64,000 nt of DNA from a virus: IMG/VR virus record IMGVR_UViG_3300045988_176028; one strand, written 5' to 3'. Each line of letters starts with the position of its first letter. The first letter of the stretch is position 1. The position numbers were made by a program, and so were the translations under genes. The notes beneath the pieces were generated by a model. The model did not search any database and had not been told where the DNA came from. It was given only the letters and a program-made list of their open reading frames with translations. Shown piece by piece: positions 1 through 9,121 of the stretch.

Positions 1-690
1 GACTGGTCTCCGACCAAGGAAGCCGCCGACTTGTACAAGGAGCTGGGCGGCGGAAGCAAGATGACCATTTTGCAAGCGGCTGACTCGTTCCGTAAGGTCT
101 ACGATTCACGTTTGTACGTGAAACGTGACAATGGTTTCAAGGCCGCTCCGCTTTCGCCTGACCGACTTTTCATCCAACAGTTGCTTCACTGGCGTAAGGA
201 GAAGGACGAGGAAAACGAACGCAAAGCCAAGGAAAAAGCCGAGGAGGAAGCTCTCCTCAACGAGGAACCGACAATCGACGTAGACCCCATCTGGGGAAAC
301 CCCGAAGACTTGGTTTCCGCCAAAGTGGAACAGGAAAACCCCCAACAGGAGGAAGTGACCCCACTGATTCCAGACGAGGAAGTACCGAAAGTCCGCCACT
401 ATAAGCGGATGGTGCCGAAGGATTGGAAACCGAACCAGAAGCACATCGACCGGGCCAATGAACTGAACATCGACGTGAACACGGAAGCCGAGAAATTCTA
501 CAACTACAGCCATTCCAATGGCAAGAAATACTTGGACTTCGACCGCGCCTTCGACAATTGGCTCCTCAACGCCGACAAGTTCAACAGGAACAGCCGAAAC
601 ACACGACGCAAAACCCGTAGCGAGGAAGGATACGAGCACAACATGAACATGCTGAAAGAATCCCTCGCCCAAGCCGGATGGGATGAATGA
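1..690 (+). CDS. replication-organiser-like protein, C-terminal part (5' end outside window)
   Basis: The frame is open from base 1 (DWSPTKEAADLYKELGG...), so the TTG at 31 is probably internal. Two tandem W-x-P...F..Y...W modules (DWSPTKEAADLY...FIQQLLHW; KDWKPNQKHIDRANELNIDVNTEAEKFYNYSHSNGKKYLDFDRAFDNWLLNA) resemble the C-terminus of phage/plasmid DnaD/DnaT-type replication proteins. A K/E-rich linker separates them. Assignment is from motif memory only. Confidence 0.45.
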   Translation, partial: DWSPTKEAADLYKELGGGSKMTILQAADSFRKVYDSRLYVKRDNGFKAAPLSPDRLFIQQLLHWRKEKDEENERKAKEKAEEEALLNEEPTIDVDPIWGNPEDLVSAKVEQENPQQEEVTPLIPDEEVPKVRHYKRMVPKDWKPNQKHIDRANELNIDVNTEAEKFYNYSHSNGKKYLDFDRAFDNWLLNADKFNRNSRNTRRKTRSEEGYEHNMNMLKESLAQAGWDE

Positions 691-1358
691 TGACAGCACA
701 GGCTCCCACACAAGGAACGTTGACCACGGCACAGGCCAGCAATGGACAGCATTACCCACGCGCCTTCGAACGCCCGTGCGCCATCGCGCTGTTGACTCAA
801 ATCAACAGTCATTACGGCAACAAGCCGTTGGATGACGCGCAGGTGGATAACTTCGTCAACGAAATCGACCATACGATTAAAGCTGACGAAGCCCGTCAAG
901 CCATCATCGAATTCTTCCAGACACATTCGTCACGGGAAGCTTGGATTGCTCCCTACGACATCAATCAGATGGTCAGGAGGAAGCGTTTGAGCAGAGTGCC
1001 ATCCAATGCTGAAATCAGCCGCATGCTCGACGTATATGGCATCACCGACGCGAACACCGCATGGGGATTTCGACGAGGACTGACCTACGCCATCTCCAAA
1101 GGCGCTTCGCCGGAACGCGCTATCGAGTATGCGAAAAGACACTGTGATGACGTGAAGACCATCTCCAACACCCCAGACCAGTATCCACAGCTCACAGCCG
1201 GTGACAACGTGGGCAAGGAAGACGGTGTCACTTCATTTTCAGCGCTATTGAAAGACTTCCGGTCAGGATTGGAACGGCCATCCACACAGGCCAATCCAAT
1301 CCCAGCCGAAAACAATCCAATCCAGAAAACCGATAAGAAAGAAGAAAACAAACAATGA
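687..1358 (+). CDS. hypothetical protein
   Basis: 223-aa ORF whose ATG overlaps the upstream stop (ATGA), suggesting translational coupling. No domain recognised. Confidence 0.5.
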   Translation: MMTAQAPTQGTLTTAQASNGQHYPRAFERPCAIALLTQINSHYGNKPLDDAQVDNFVNEIDHTIKADEARQAIIEFFQTHSSREAWIAPYDINQMVRRKRLSRVPSNAEISRMLDVYGITDANTAWGFRRGLTYAISKGASPERAIEYAKRHCDDVKTISNTPDQYPQLTAGDNVGKEDGVTSFSALLKDFRSGLERPSTQANPIPAENNPIQKTDKKEENKQ

Positions 1359-1756
1359 CCGACGTCACCACCAAGCTTATTCACGACACTTTCATCCAGA
1401 ACCGTCCCGATAAGGTAGGCGAACAGGAAGCGGAGGAACTGTTCAACCATTGGCTTGAAGTCCACGGATTCCAGCCGGAGGAACAGCCCATCGCACCAGC
1501 CGGATTCGAGTATGAGACCGTCAAAACCAAGGAGGATTCCACACCATCCTCCGACGATTTGGACGCCATCGCCCTCGCATCCGACAATGCCACCAATTCC
1601 GCCGCAATGATTTCCGACGTGATGGATTCTCTTCCTGAAAGCACTCAGGAAGCGCTTGCGTGCGCGTTGAACGACTTCGACTGTGCCGCCGAGCATCTGC
1701 ACAGGTTGCTCGACAAGTACAATTACAAGCCTTTGGAAGAAAGGGAGGAAGAGTGA
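1355..1756 (+). CDS. hypothetical acidic protein
   Basis: 133-aa ORF with an ATGA overlap to the upstream gene. D/E-rich. No domain recognised. Confidence 0.5.
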   Translation: MTDVTTKLIHDTFIQNRPDKVGEQEAEELFNHWLEVHGFQPEEQPIAPAGFEYETVKTKEDSTPSSDDLDAIALASDNATNSAAMISDVMDSLPESTQEALACALNDFDCAAEHLHRLLDKYNYKPLEEREEE

Positions 1757-1812
1757 AGTAGCGCAAGAACACAAAACCAATCCACACACAGTAAGAAACC
1801 AGAAGGAAAGAT

Positions 1813-3756
1813 TTGAAAAACAAACTCCGAGGGAAAATCCCCTTCATCGCGGCAGTGTCCGCACTATCCATGCTCGCCTCCGCAAACGTGGCATTGGCCG
1901 CAGAGGTCGGCAACCCAATCATCGTGGACAAAACCAACATGTTCACAGCTGATGAAACCGTTGACCTGTTGGGCGGCGACTTGGGCGAGGCGGCGAACTT
2001 CGGTCTCGTCGGCTTCGACTCCGTCCGTCTGAACGCCCACACGAACAGTAATATCGCCACCGAGCACGCCTATATTGGCGCGGCCTTCGGCAATCATGCC
2101 AACGGTGTGGACGAGCCGGAAGTCAGCTACATGGACAAGGTTGACGGCAATATCAACGTCAATCTGCCCGCCGACTCCAAGATTGTCTTCGGACAGTCAA
2201 ACATCATCGGACAGACCGACAATGGCAACAGTTGGACGGTGAACGGGAACAAGCTGGAAATGCAGACCAGTGGAAGCCTCCCGAAGTCCGAACGAGTGCT
2301 CAAGGATTCCAAGACCGTCAAATATCTTGATTTGAAGTCCATGGAAAAGAGCATGACCAGCCTGTCCGCCAAGTGGTCGAAAGCTTCGGAATCCAACGCG
2401 ACCCATGATTTCTCCGACATGAACAAGCGTCACATCGACGCCAACGGTGATGTCGCTCATATCAACATCGACGCGAAAGAACTGCAAGGTAATCGTGTGA
2501 CCGCCACGTTGGGGGAGAAGACCCGTCTCGTCGTGAATGTTGACGCCGAAGGTGCGGACAATATCACTCTGCCCCAATTGGACGTGGACGGTATCAATCA
2601 CGCCGAATACGCCAAGTGGACGGACAAGGGTGTTATTTACAATCTGACCGACTCCAAAGCCAAGGACGGGCAGTATCACGGCAACGTCGGCACCGCTGGC
2701 GCATCCTCTTCCGTGATTCTCGCGCCGGAAGCCAACGTGGACGCGTCGCAGAACGTTGAAGGGCAGATTATCGCCAAGAACGTGACCATCGGCGGCGAAT
2801 TCCACCGCAACAGCGTCAACGTTCCCGCCACCCGCCACGTCGAGGTGAAGCTGGACGGTCAGGACAAGACCGAGACCACTCCGTTCGTCGTGCCCCAGCC
2901 CGCTAAAGACCATTACCGTTTCACCGTCTGGACCACCAACCCGGACGGAACCGGCGACTCCTACAAGCCGGGCGAGACCGTGACTTCGATTCCGGAGAAC
3001 ACCACCCTGTACCCGCAGTGGGAGGCGAAGCATTTGCTTCGCTATGATACGAACGGTGGCAACGGCAAGTATGTGGATTCCGACCTGCCGTCAGATGTGT
3101 CTGACACGGTTCCAACCCGCGACGGTTACGAGTTCGACGGTTGGATGATTGATGGAGTCAAGGTCGATTCCGGCGATAGCGTCGAGGACAACGGCTCCGA
3201 CGTGACCGTGGTCGCGCAGTGGACGCCGGTCAAGCAGGATGTGACCCCGACTAAGCCGGAAACCCCGAAGGACGACAACAAGACCGACAACGGTGGCAAC
3301 GGTTCTGAGATTCCGAAGGATGATAAGACGGATACTTCATCCAAGGATGACAACAAGACCGACGATTTCAAGCCGAACACTCCGAAGGACGATATCAATA
3401 CTGATACTCCTTCCAAGGGTGATGATTCCAAGCCGGAAACCCCGAAGGATGATACGGACAAGAACGATACTCCGTCAAAGGATGATTCCGACAAGTCCGA
3501 CAATGATACGAAGGCTCCATCCAACGATAAGAGCGATGTGAACACTCCGACCAGCGATAAGACCGCCGATACTGGTAAGACCGATACCGGCAAGAAGACT
3601 GTGGGCGCCAAGAACAATACTCAGGCCGTTCAACAGGACGGTCAGGGCTTGGCTACCACCGGCGTGGCTGTTGGCGTCATCGCGGTCGCGGTCATTGTGC
3701 TTGCCGCCGCCGGTGTAATCCTCTCCGTCGCAAAACGACATGAGGGCAACCGCTGA
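1813..3756 (+). CDS. LAxTG (LATTG) cell-wall-anchored surface protein
   Basis: Signal peptide (KIPFIAAVSALSMLASANVALA). Choice-of-anchor-A-like segment (LLGGDLGEAANFGLVGFDSVRLNAHTNSNIA). Two Flg_new/Listeria-Bacteroides-type repeats (HYRFTVWTTNPDG...YPQWEA; GYEFDGWMIDG...VAQWTP). PKDD/SKDD low-complexity stalk. C-terminal LATTG, then a hydrophobic helix and a KRHEGNR tail. Confidence 0.85.
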   Translation: MKNKLRGKIPFIAAVSALSMLASANVALAAEVGNPIIVDKTNMFTADETVDLLGGDLGEAANFGLVGFDSVRLNAHTNSNIATEHAYIGAAFGNHANGVDEPEVSYMDKVDGNINVNLPADSKIVFGQSNIIGQTDNGNSWTVNGNKLEMQTSGSLPKSERVLKDSKTVKYLDLKSMEKSMTSLSAKWSKASESNATHDFSDMNKRHIDANGDVAHINIDAKELQGNRVTATLGEKTRLVVNVDAEGADNITLPQLDVDGINHAEYAKWTDKGVIYNLTDSKAKDGQYHGNVGTAGASSSVILAPEANVDASQNVEGQIIAKNVTIGGEFHRNSVNVPATRHVEVKLDGQDKTETTPFVVPQPAKDHYRFTVWTTNPDGTGDSYKPGETVTSIPENTTLYPQWEAKHLLRYDTNGGNGKYVDSDLPSDVSDTVPTRDGYEFDGWMIDGVKVDSGDSVEDNGSDVTVVAQWTPVKQDVTPTKPETPKDDNKTDNGGNGSEIPKDDKTDTSSKDDNKTDDFKPNTPKDDINTDTPSKGDDSKPETPKDDTDKNDTPSKDDSDKSDNDTKAPSNDKSDVNTPTSDKTADTGKTDTGKKTVGAKNNTQAVQQDGQGLATTGVAVGVIAVAVIVLAAAGVILSVAKRHEGNR

Positions 3757-3794
3757 CATTACCTCTCTATTCGATAGGGAGATAATGTGACTCC

Positions 3795-3829
3795 AATCCC
3801 GCCGTCTTTTTTGATGGCGGGATTTTTTA
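3795..3829 (+). terminator. intrinsic terminator
   Basis: AATCCCGCC-N12-GGCGGGATT stem followed by a T-run, just downstream of the 1813..3756 stop. Confidence 0.7.
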
Positions 3830-3833
3830 CCTA

Positions 3834-3855
3834 TGTTATACTGGCAGTGTTCACA
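3834..3855 (+). promoter_or_regulatory. repeated promoter motif, copy P1
   Basis: TGtTATACTggcagtGTTCACA: extended -10, a 6-nt spacer and the GTTCACA box, 23 nt upstream of TTG 3879. Confidence 0.6.
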
Positions 3856-3878
3856 AAATCGGTGAAGAGGTAAAACTT

Positions 3879-4406
3879 TTGAAAGACTACGACTGGTGGG
3901 TAAAAGCGTGGAACGCCTATAATAATCCACCCACCAAAACGATTCCATTGGACGCGTCCGATGCTCTCCAAGGGAAAATCACGTCCGTGGTGGTTCTTGT
4001 CATAGCCATATTCGCAATCCCGTTAATCATCCGACGGGCCATAGCTGACGCTAAAGAAGACATGATGGGGAAAATCGAACTCGTCGCCGCAGTAATCGCT
4101 TCGGTCTGTCTGTCCGTTATGTGTGTCTGGATGGTTTACGACGCTTTTGCCATGGAACAAACCCAAGAAGTCAAAACCAGTGTCACCCACCCGCTCGGTT
4201 TCGAAGACCAATTGGAAAAAGACTTCAAAGTGTCAAATCTATCTTGTAAGACCGACGCCTACTTAATCCTCCCCGACCATGGTTCCTACGATTGCACGTT
4301 CACCAGCAAGGACGGGAAATCAGTAACGAAGGGCACACTTGTTATAACCGAGAGCGAAAAAGTCGGACTATACGACGCCAATGGAAAGCTGGTTGAAACA
4401 AGATGA
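3879..4406 (+). CDS. small two-TM membrane protein, paralog family member A1
   Basis: 175 aa. N-terminal KDYDWWVKAWNAY motif, two hydrophobic helices, and a C-terminal ~80-aa domain with two Cys (SC...YDC) ending KVGLYDANGKLV. GAAGAGG RBS upstream of a TTG start. Confidence 0.7.
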   Translation: MKDYDWWVKAWNAYNNPPTKTIPLDASDALQGKITSVVVLVIAIFAIPLIIRRAIADAKEDMMGKIELVAAVIASVCLSVMCVWMVYDAFAMEQTQEVKTSVTHPLGFEDQLEKDFKVSNLSCKTDAYLILPDHGSYDCTFTSKDGKSVTKGTLVITESEKVGLYDANGKLVETR

Positions 4407-4876
4407 AAGATTTCAGCAATTGGCTGGAAGCGTGGAAGAATTATCCTCCTGTTCCTGACTGGTTAAACATTTTAGGCACTATTGTTATTGGTGTTCTCCT
4501 AGTATTGATGGCCGTCGGAATAATTGTCGGCTTTATCGGGGCTTTTCTCCGCGATAGTCTCTTATTCGTAAGAATTATCGGCATAAGTCTTGTTAGCGGG
4601 TTTATGGGCGTATTCCTCGTAATGTGCGTCAGCGGCCTTATCGACAACTATTACGAACAGCGTTCGACGGCACCTCCCACTATTCGCGAGCAGATTTCCA
4701 AAGTTTGGAACTTGGACGACATCGACTGCGATTTTTCTAGCAAAGACAAACTTCCTACCGAAGATTTGAAATGCGTCGTCTACCGTGGCGACAAGAAGAC
4801 CAAAGTCACACTGCACGCAAGCGAAAACAAACTCGGCCTGTACACACAGGATGGAAAACGTTTCCCAATCAAATAG
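4403..4876 (+). CDS. small two-TM membrane protein, paralog family member A2
   Basis: 157 aa with an ATGA overlap to A1. Motifs: KDFSNWLEAWKNY, a hydrophobic core, DC...KC, and NKLGLYTQDGKRF at the end. Confidence 0.7.
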   Translation: MKDFSNWLEAWKNYPPVPDWLNILGTIVIGVLLVLMAVGIIVGFIGAFLRDSLLFVRIIGISLVSGFMGVFLVMCVSGLIDNYYEQRSTAPPTIREQISKVWNLDDIDCDFSSKDKLPTEDLKCVVYRGDKKTKVTLHASENKLGLYTQDGKRFPIK

Positions 4877-4891
4877 GAAGGATTTAAAAAA

Positions 4892-5515
4892 GTGTTAGAG
4901 CATGGCGAAGAACTTAACCTGAGAATGTTGCAACCATTGGACACGGACACTACGGCTGGCATACTTCGCGAATCCGGCTATCTGGTTCCATTATCCAAGT
5001 GGAGCAAGGCCCGGCAAGACTACAAAGGCAATACCGACCGTTGGGCGTTCAATATCATAGCATGTGCTTTCATTGGCCTCATGGTCGCCTGTTTGGAAAT
5101 GTGGTCTACCCGAAATATTCCAATCAAACTTCCGAAATATACTCCCGTAGCCGTTTTTCTACTGGGTTTCGCTTTTGGTTGGGTGCAACTGTTAGGCACG
5201 TCCGATAGGCGGAAAAGGGGTTTTCGACCGAAGCCGGATAATCCAGTCCAAGTATTGGAGTCTACTTTCGACGTTCATGTGGCTGGAGACAGTGACACGT
5301 CGCTTTTCGACAAGACCGGATATAAGAAATTTCTTCTTCGTGTTGACGGCACTCACTACGCTCAGGCTACATTGTTTGTTTGGGAAGAATCATACGATTT
5401 GAAGGAAGAGCGTACTTGGCCTTTGGTTAGTATCGCATTGTTCGATGAGGACGGAAAGCCGGTCAAACTGCAATCGGTTGAGTCGAAGAAGGAATCTGAA
5501 AGCGTTGAACGGTAG
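4892..5515 (+). CDS. small two-TM membrane protein, divergent paralog A3
   Basis: 207 aa. GTG start with a GGAAGGA RBS. A ~33-aa N-terminal extension, then LSKWSKARQDY, two hydrophobic helices, and a C-terminus with IALFDEDGKPVKL. The ectodomain Cys pair is absent. Confidence 0.6.
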   Translation: MLEHGEELNLRMLQPLDTDTTAGILRESGYLVPLSKWSKARQDYKGNTDRWAFNIIACAFIGLMVACLEMWSTRNIPIKLPKYTPVAVFLLGFAFGWVQLLGTSDRRKRGFRPKPDNPVQVLESTFDVHVAGDSDTSLFDKTGYKKFLLRVDGTHYAQATLFVWEESYDLKEERTWPLVSIALFDEDGKPVKLQSVESKKESESVER

Positions 5516-5657
5516 ACCAACTTCGGAAGAACGGGATACGAGGTGGTAAGAACCGACGCAGTTCCGGGGCACAGTGGACAGACAGTCGAATATGATGTTT
5601 CCACCATCGACCGTCTACATTCTTCGCAAGAAAAAACATTAGAAGACTGGAGTAGGC

Positions 5658-6545
5658 ATGGCTTATTATGACCCGTGGCGTGAGGCTGTTGAAAACGCTA
5701 AAGAACTTCTCCGATTGGGAATGCCACCACAGAAAGTGCAGGAGCGGACCCGACTCCCCAAGAGCACCATCGACAAGATAGCCCCACCTATACTGCAAGA
5801 GAACGCAGACCGTGAAGCCATTCAGGAAGCCGAGCGAGCTTTGAAGCGGGAGCATGAAAAAATCCTCAAGGAAAAATATCCATGCCCGCTCTGCCATAAA
5901 GGTTATGGGATTGTTGACGGTGGAGCGCTCACCGCGTTTTTGAACGGTTCCGTCTGCCGTATCGGCGCGGAAGATGAGACCGTTGGCAAGGGAAGCCCAT
6001 TTTTTCGTCCTTATTATGCCCACTGTTCGTATAGGCGTTGTCCAGCCCGACTGATTTTTCCCCGTGACACGCGGGAGGAAGCGTTGAGGGCTTTCCTGTT
6101 GGGAGAGTGGATTAGACCACACCCGTTCGTCAGTGTGAGCGACGGTTCTGAATGGACGTACACCAAACAGGGATTGGCGTCAGCGGTTTCATCATTGATG
6201 AATGATTATTCGCCGGAGCAGATAAAACAATTAGGTTTCAATCCGATTGCCGTGGACGAGTTGGCGAACCGTAGGGCGTTACGGATTGCTAAATTCAATC
6301 CAGATGCTTTCGATTTGACGCTCATGTGTCCCAAGTGCGGTAGTCGGGGAGAGTTCCGTAAGGCTGTCAATCCGACGAATCATAGCAAGGAATCATGGTG
6401 TTGCTGGTGGAGGGTCGGCTGTCCAAGATGTGGAGCCAGAACCGTCAACTCGTTTCCTACCCGTGAACAGGCGCAGTCCGCTTTCGAGGAGGGGGACTTG
6501 TTAAGGGGGCTGAAAATCGATAAGTCCGGAAGTGGAAAGGATTAA
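5658..6545 (+). CDS. HTH + tandem Lar-like zinc-ribbon protein
   Basis: N-terminal HTH-like segment (QKVQERTRLPKSTIDKI). Two CxxC...CxxC modules, each ending in an A..AF/W helix (CPLCHKG...CSYRRCPAR...REEALRAFLLGEW; CPKCGSRG...GCPRCGAR...REQAQSAFEEG), as in the Lar restriction-alleviation family. Confidence 0.55.
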   Translation: MAYYDPWREAVENAKELLRLGMPPQKVQERTRLPKSTIDKIAPPILQENADREAIQEAERALKREHEKILKEKYPCPLCHKGYGIVDGGALTAFLNGSVCRIGAEDETVGKGSPFFRPYYAHCSYRRCPARLIFPRDTREEALRAFLLGEWIRPHPFVSVSDGSEWTYTKQGLASAVSSLMNDYSPEQIKQLGFNPIAVDELANRRALRIAKFNPDAFDLTLMCPKCGSRGEFRKAVNPTNHSKESWCCWWRVGCPRCGARTVNSFPTREQAQSAFEEGDLLRGLKIDKSGSGKD

Positions 6546-6551
6546 ACGAAG

Positions 6552-7436
6552 TTGTTCCATCTGCATGCAAGACCTAAAAACCGGTTGGAGTCAATTCATA
6601 CCAGTACGCCATCGTTAGAAGCCGAAAAACTGAAATCCGTCATGTACGGTCTCGCCATCGGTGACGCGTTGGGAGTCCCATACGAGTTTCAACAGAGAGA
6701 CACATTCAACTGCACTGGAATGATTGGTCATGGCGAGCATAACCAGCCAGCAGGAACATGGAGCGATGACACCGCGTTGAGTCTAGCAACCTTGGACTCG
6801 CTCACCGAATGCCATGGTGAAGTCAACACCGCCGACATGCTCATGCGTTACCGAATGTGGTTGGAACACGGAATGTACACGCCGGACGGGAACACGTATG
6901 ATTCCGGTATCACAGTAGCCACAGCCATCAGGTCAAGGCATGGTTGCGATGGTTTGAACGATAACGGCAATGGTTCGCTAATGCGGGTCGCACCATGCGC
7001 CTTCTACAATTTGCCAGACGTGGAAATCAAACAGGTCAGCGCCATCACCCACGCTCATGAAATCAGTATGACGGCGTGCGTACAATACGTGCGAATCCTC
7101 GAAGGACTGTTAAACTGCGTTCCTTCACATAAGGCGATAACGGATTCAGGATTCCCGTTCGACCCGACCATTCCCAGAACGGAAGTAGAATCGGACGGAT
7201 TCGTACTCCACACATTGAACGCGGCACTCTGGTGCTTAACCAATACCGACAATTATCGGGATTGCGTAATTACCGCAGTAAACCTTGGAGAAGACACGGA
7301 CACCACAGCCAGTGTCGCGGGAGCGTTAGCCGGAGCCGTCTACGGATTCGACAGCATTCCTACAGAGTGGATTGAAAAATTACGAGGAAGAGAACTTATA
7401 GACATGTATGTTTCAGAATCGGAGCTAAGGTGTTAA
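6552..7436 (+). CDS. ADP-ribosylglycohydrolase family protein
   Basis: ARH/DraG family motifs: GLAIGDALGVPYEF, WSDDTALSLA, GNGSLMRVAP and GEDTDTTASVAGALAGAVYG..IP.EW. The metal-binding acidic residues are all present. The true start may be ATG 6642 (MYGLAIGDALG). Confidence 0.85.
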   Translation: MFHLHARPKNRLESIHTSTPSLEAEKLKSVMYGLAIGDALGVPYEFQQRDTFNCTGMIGHGEHNQPAGTWSDDTALSLATLDSLTECHGEVNTADMLMRYRMWLEHGMYTPDGNTYDSGITVATAIRSRHGCDGLNDNGNGSLMRVAPCAFYNLPDVEIKQVSAITHAHEISMTACVQYVRILEGLLNCVPSHKAITDSGFPFDPTIPRTEVESDGFVLHTLNAALWCLTNTDNYRDCVITAVNLGEDTDTTASVAGALAGAVYGFDSIPTEWIEKLRGRELIDMYVSESELRC

Positions 7437-7732
7437 CCCTACCAATAACTCGAAAATGGTTTGACATGATTCTTTCCGGCGAGAAGACGGAAGAATACCG
7501 AGAAGTCAAACCCTACTACGATTCTCGCTTCCGCCGACTGTTCGACATGGACGAGTCGAATAATCCAACAGGATTGGACGAGCAGCCAATACTATTCCGC
7601 AACGGATACTCCCATACAAGTCCGAGCTTCACCGCCATCTGCACGCTCTCTAAAGGAGAGGGACGTACCGAATGGGGAGCCGAACCACATAAACGGTATT
7701 GGATATTAAACATCCACCGAATCCAAAAATAG
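7430..7732 (+). CDS. ASCH domain protein
   Basis: 100 aa. ITRKWFDMILSGEKTEEYRE...LFRNGY matches the ASCH (PUA-like) N-terminal signature. Overlaps the ARH stop by 7 nt. Confidence 0.6.
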   Translation: MLTLPITRKWFDMILSGEKTEEYREVKPYYDSRFRRLFDMDESNNPTGLDEQPILFRNGYSHTSPSFTAICTLSKGEGRTEWGAEPHKRYWILNIHRIQK

Positions 7733-7742
7733 GTTTTTACAC

Positions 7743-7787
7743 CCTTTCGGAGTATGTTTTAGCTAAAAAGAAACACACTCCGAAAGG
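7743..7787 (+). promoter_or_regulatory. RBS-occluding hairpin upstream of the NERD gene
   Basis: Perfect 11-bp inverted repeat CCTTTCGGAGT (7743-7753) / ACTCCGAAAGG (7777-7787) with a 23-nt loop. The right arm overlaps the AAAGGAAA RBS of GTG 7798. Confidence 0.4.
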
Positions 7788-7797
7788 AAACCTAACC

Positions 7798-9006
7798 GTG
7801 AAATACCTACTATTAATACTCGTCCCATCCTCCATCCTGCAATGGTTACTACTACTCGTATGCGGCGTGGGAGGATGGTTCCTGTTCTCCACTCAGTTTA
7901 AAACCTCAAAAAAGTCCATCGCCATGGTCAACGTATTAGGTGCTGTGTGTGGTATCGCATTCTTTTACGGATTGAAGAATGGTCTCGGTGGTTTGAGTGA
8001 CATGTTCATGTCACTCTCCGGAAAATACGTGTACGGGTATCTGCATTCGCAAGTTCCCCTAATCAACGCGTTTATCGCCATTCCTCGTATCCTCATTGGT
8101 GTTTTTTGCATGTGTGTCGCATATGGTCTTTATCAGCCGGTATCTGAAAAAGAAGGCGAGGAGTACAGGAGGCAGAGTCAGCAGAATGAGGCAAAGGAAG
8201 TTGAACAGGCTCTCAATCAGACCATCGACCAGATAGGCGTAGTCTTCAATCTGCTCAAGGCCGAACCCGGACGTCCGAATTATCACGGTTACAGGCTAGT
8301 GAATGAGGATTGTGGTGGTCAACCAGACCCATTGTGGAACACCATGAACCCAGCCAACATCCAACAGGCGAGAAGCCAATACCGCCTCTATGGCAATCCG
8401 GGCGGCGGTCTATCACAGTCGAACTTCACCACCAATGAGATTCAATCCGGCCAGAAAGGTGAACAAATCCTCGCCAACATGATTACCGGCAACTGTCCCA
8501 ACGTGGTGTCCTTCTGGTCGTTGCACGGTCTGAACGAGCAACACCAGTTCACTGACGCGGATATCGACTGCGTGATTGCCGGACAGGACAAACAGGGCAA
8601 AACGCATTTGTGGTTCGTGGATGCGAAGAACTATAAAGGCAATGCGGACACTGCCTACCGTAACCTCACCCCAGACCAACTGTTGAGAATTAGCGTCAGT
8701 CAGCGTGCGTTCGAAACCGGTGTGGATGGTCGTCCGGATTTGAAACTTTCCGCGAACATGAACTGGCAGAGGGACATGTGGGCTTTCATGTTCAACGGCA
8801 AGCCGGTTGAAGTGGAGTGGCTTGTCTGCATGGTGCCGACTTCCGATAAGGGTGCGCCGGATGTGACTAGGGTCATGTGGCCGGGTGATATTCCTTGCGT
8901 GACGCCGGAGGAGCTGGTGCGACGCGTGAATGCGGTTGACTTGGATTCGACGCAGAATCTTCCGTTGGACTGGTTGGATACTTTGAAACGGCATGTCAAG
9001 CACTGA
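7798..9006 (+). CDS. membrane-anchored NERD domain (nuclease-related) protein
   Basis: GTG 7798 follows an AAAGGAAA RBS; the track ORF from 7699 overlaps ASCH. About 4 N-terminal hydrophobic helices and a charged linker. NERD-like core: QKGEQILANMI...FWSLHGL...DADIDCVIAG...HLWFVDAKNYKG. Confidence 0.6.
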   Translation: MKYLLLILVPSSILQWLLLLVCGVGGWFLFSTQFKTSKKSIAMVNVLGAVCGIAFFYGLKNGLGGLSDMFMSLSGKYVYGYLHSQVPLINAFIAIPRILIGVFCMCVAYGLYQPVSEKEGEEYRRQSQQNEAKEVEQALNQTIDQIGVVFNLLKAEPGRPNYHGYRLVNEDCGGQPDPLWNTMNPANIQQARSQYRLYGNPGGGLSQSNFTTNEIQSGQKGEQILANMITGNCPNVVSFWSLHGLNEQHQFTDADIDCVIAGQDKQGKTHLWFVDAKNYKGNADTAYRNLTPDQLLRISVSQRAFETGVDGRPDLKLSANMNWQRDMWAFMFNGKPVEVEWLVCMVPTSDKGAPDVTRVMWPGDIPCVTPEELVRRVNAVDLDSTQNLPLDWLDTLKRHVKH

Positions 9007-9084
9007 GCTGTTTTTGGGCGCGGGTTGTTTTCTTCTCGCGCCTTTTTTGTTTTTGTTGTGTTCAGCGTGTCTTCTCACTTTCGA

Positions 9085-9106
9085 TGATATACTGGGATTG
9101 TTCACA
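9085..9106 (+). promoter_or_regulatory. repeated promoter motif, copy P2
   Basis: TGaTATACTgggattGTTCACA followed by AAGGAGG and ATG 9122. Confidence 0.6.
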
Positions 9107-9121
9107 CAAAGGAGGTTGGAA

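Noticed and set aside
3230-3600. Short-period DNA repetition (ccgaaggatgat... units)
   Set aside because: It encodes the PKDD/SKDD low-complexity stalk of the LATTG protein and is not an independent element.
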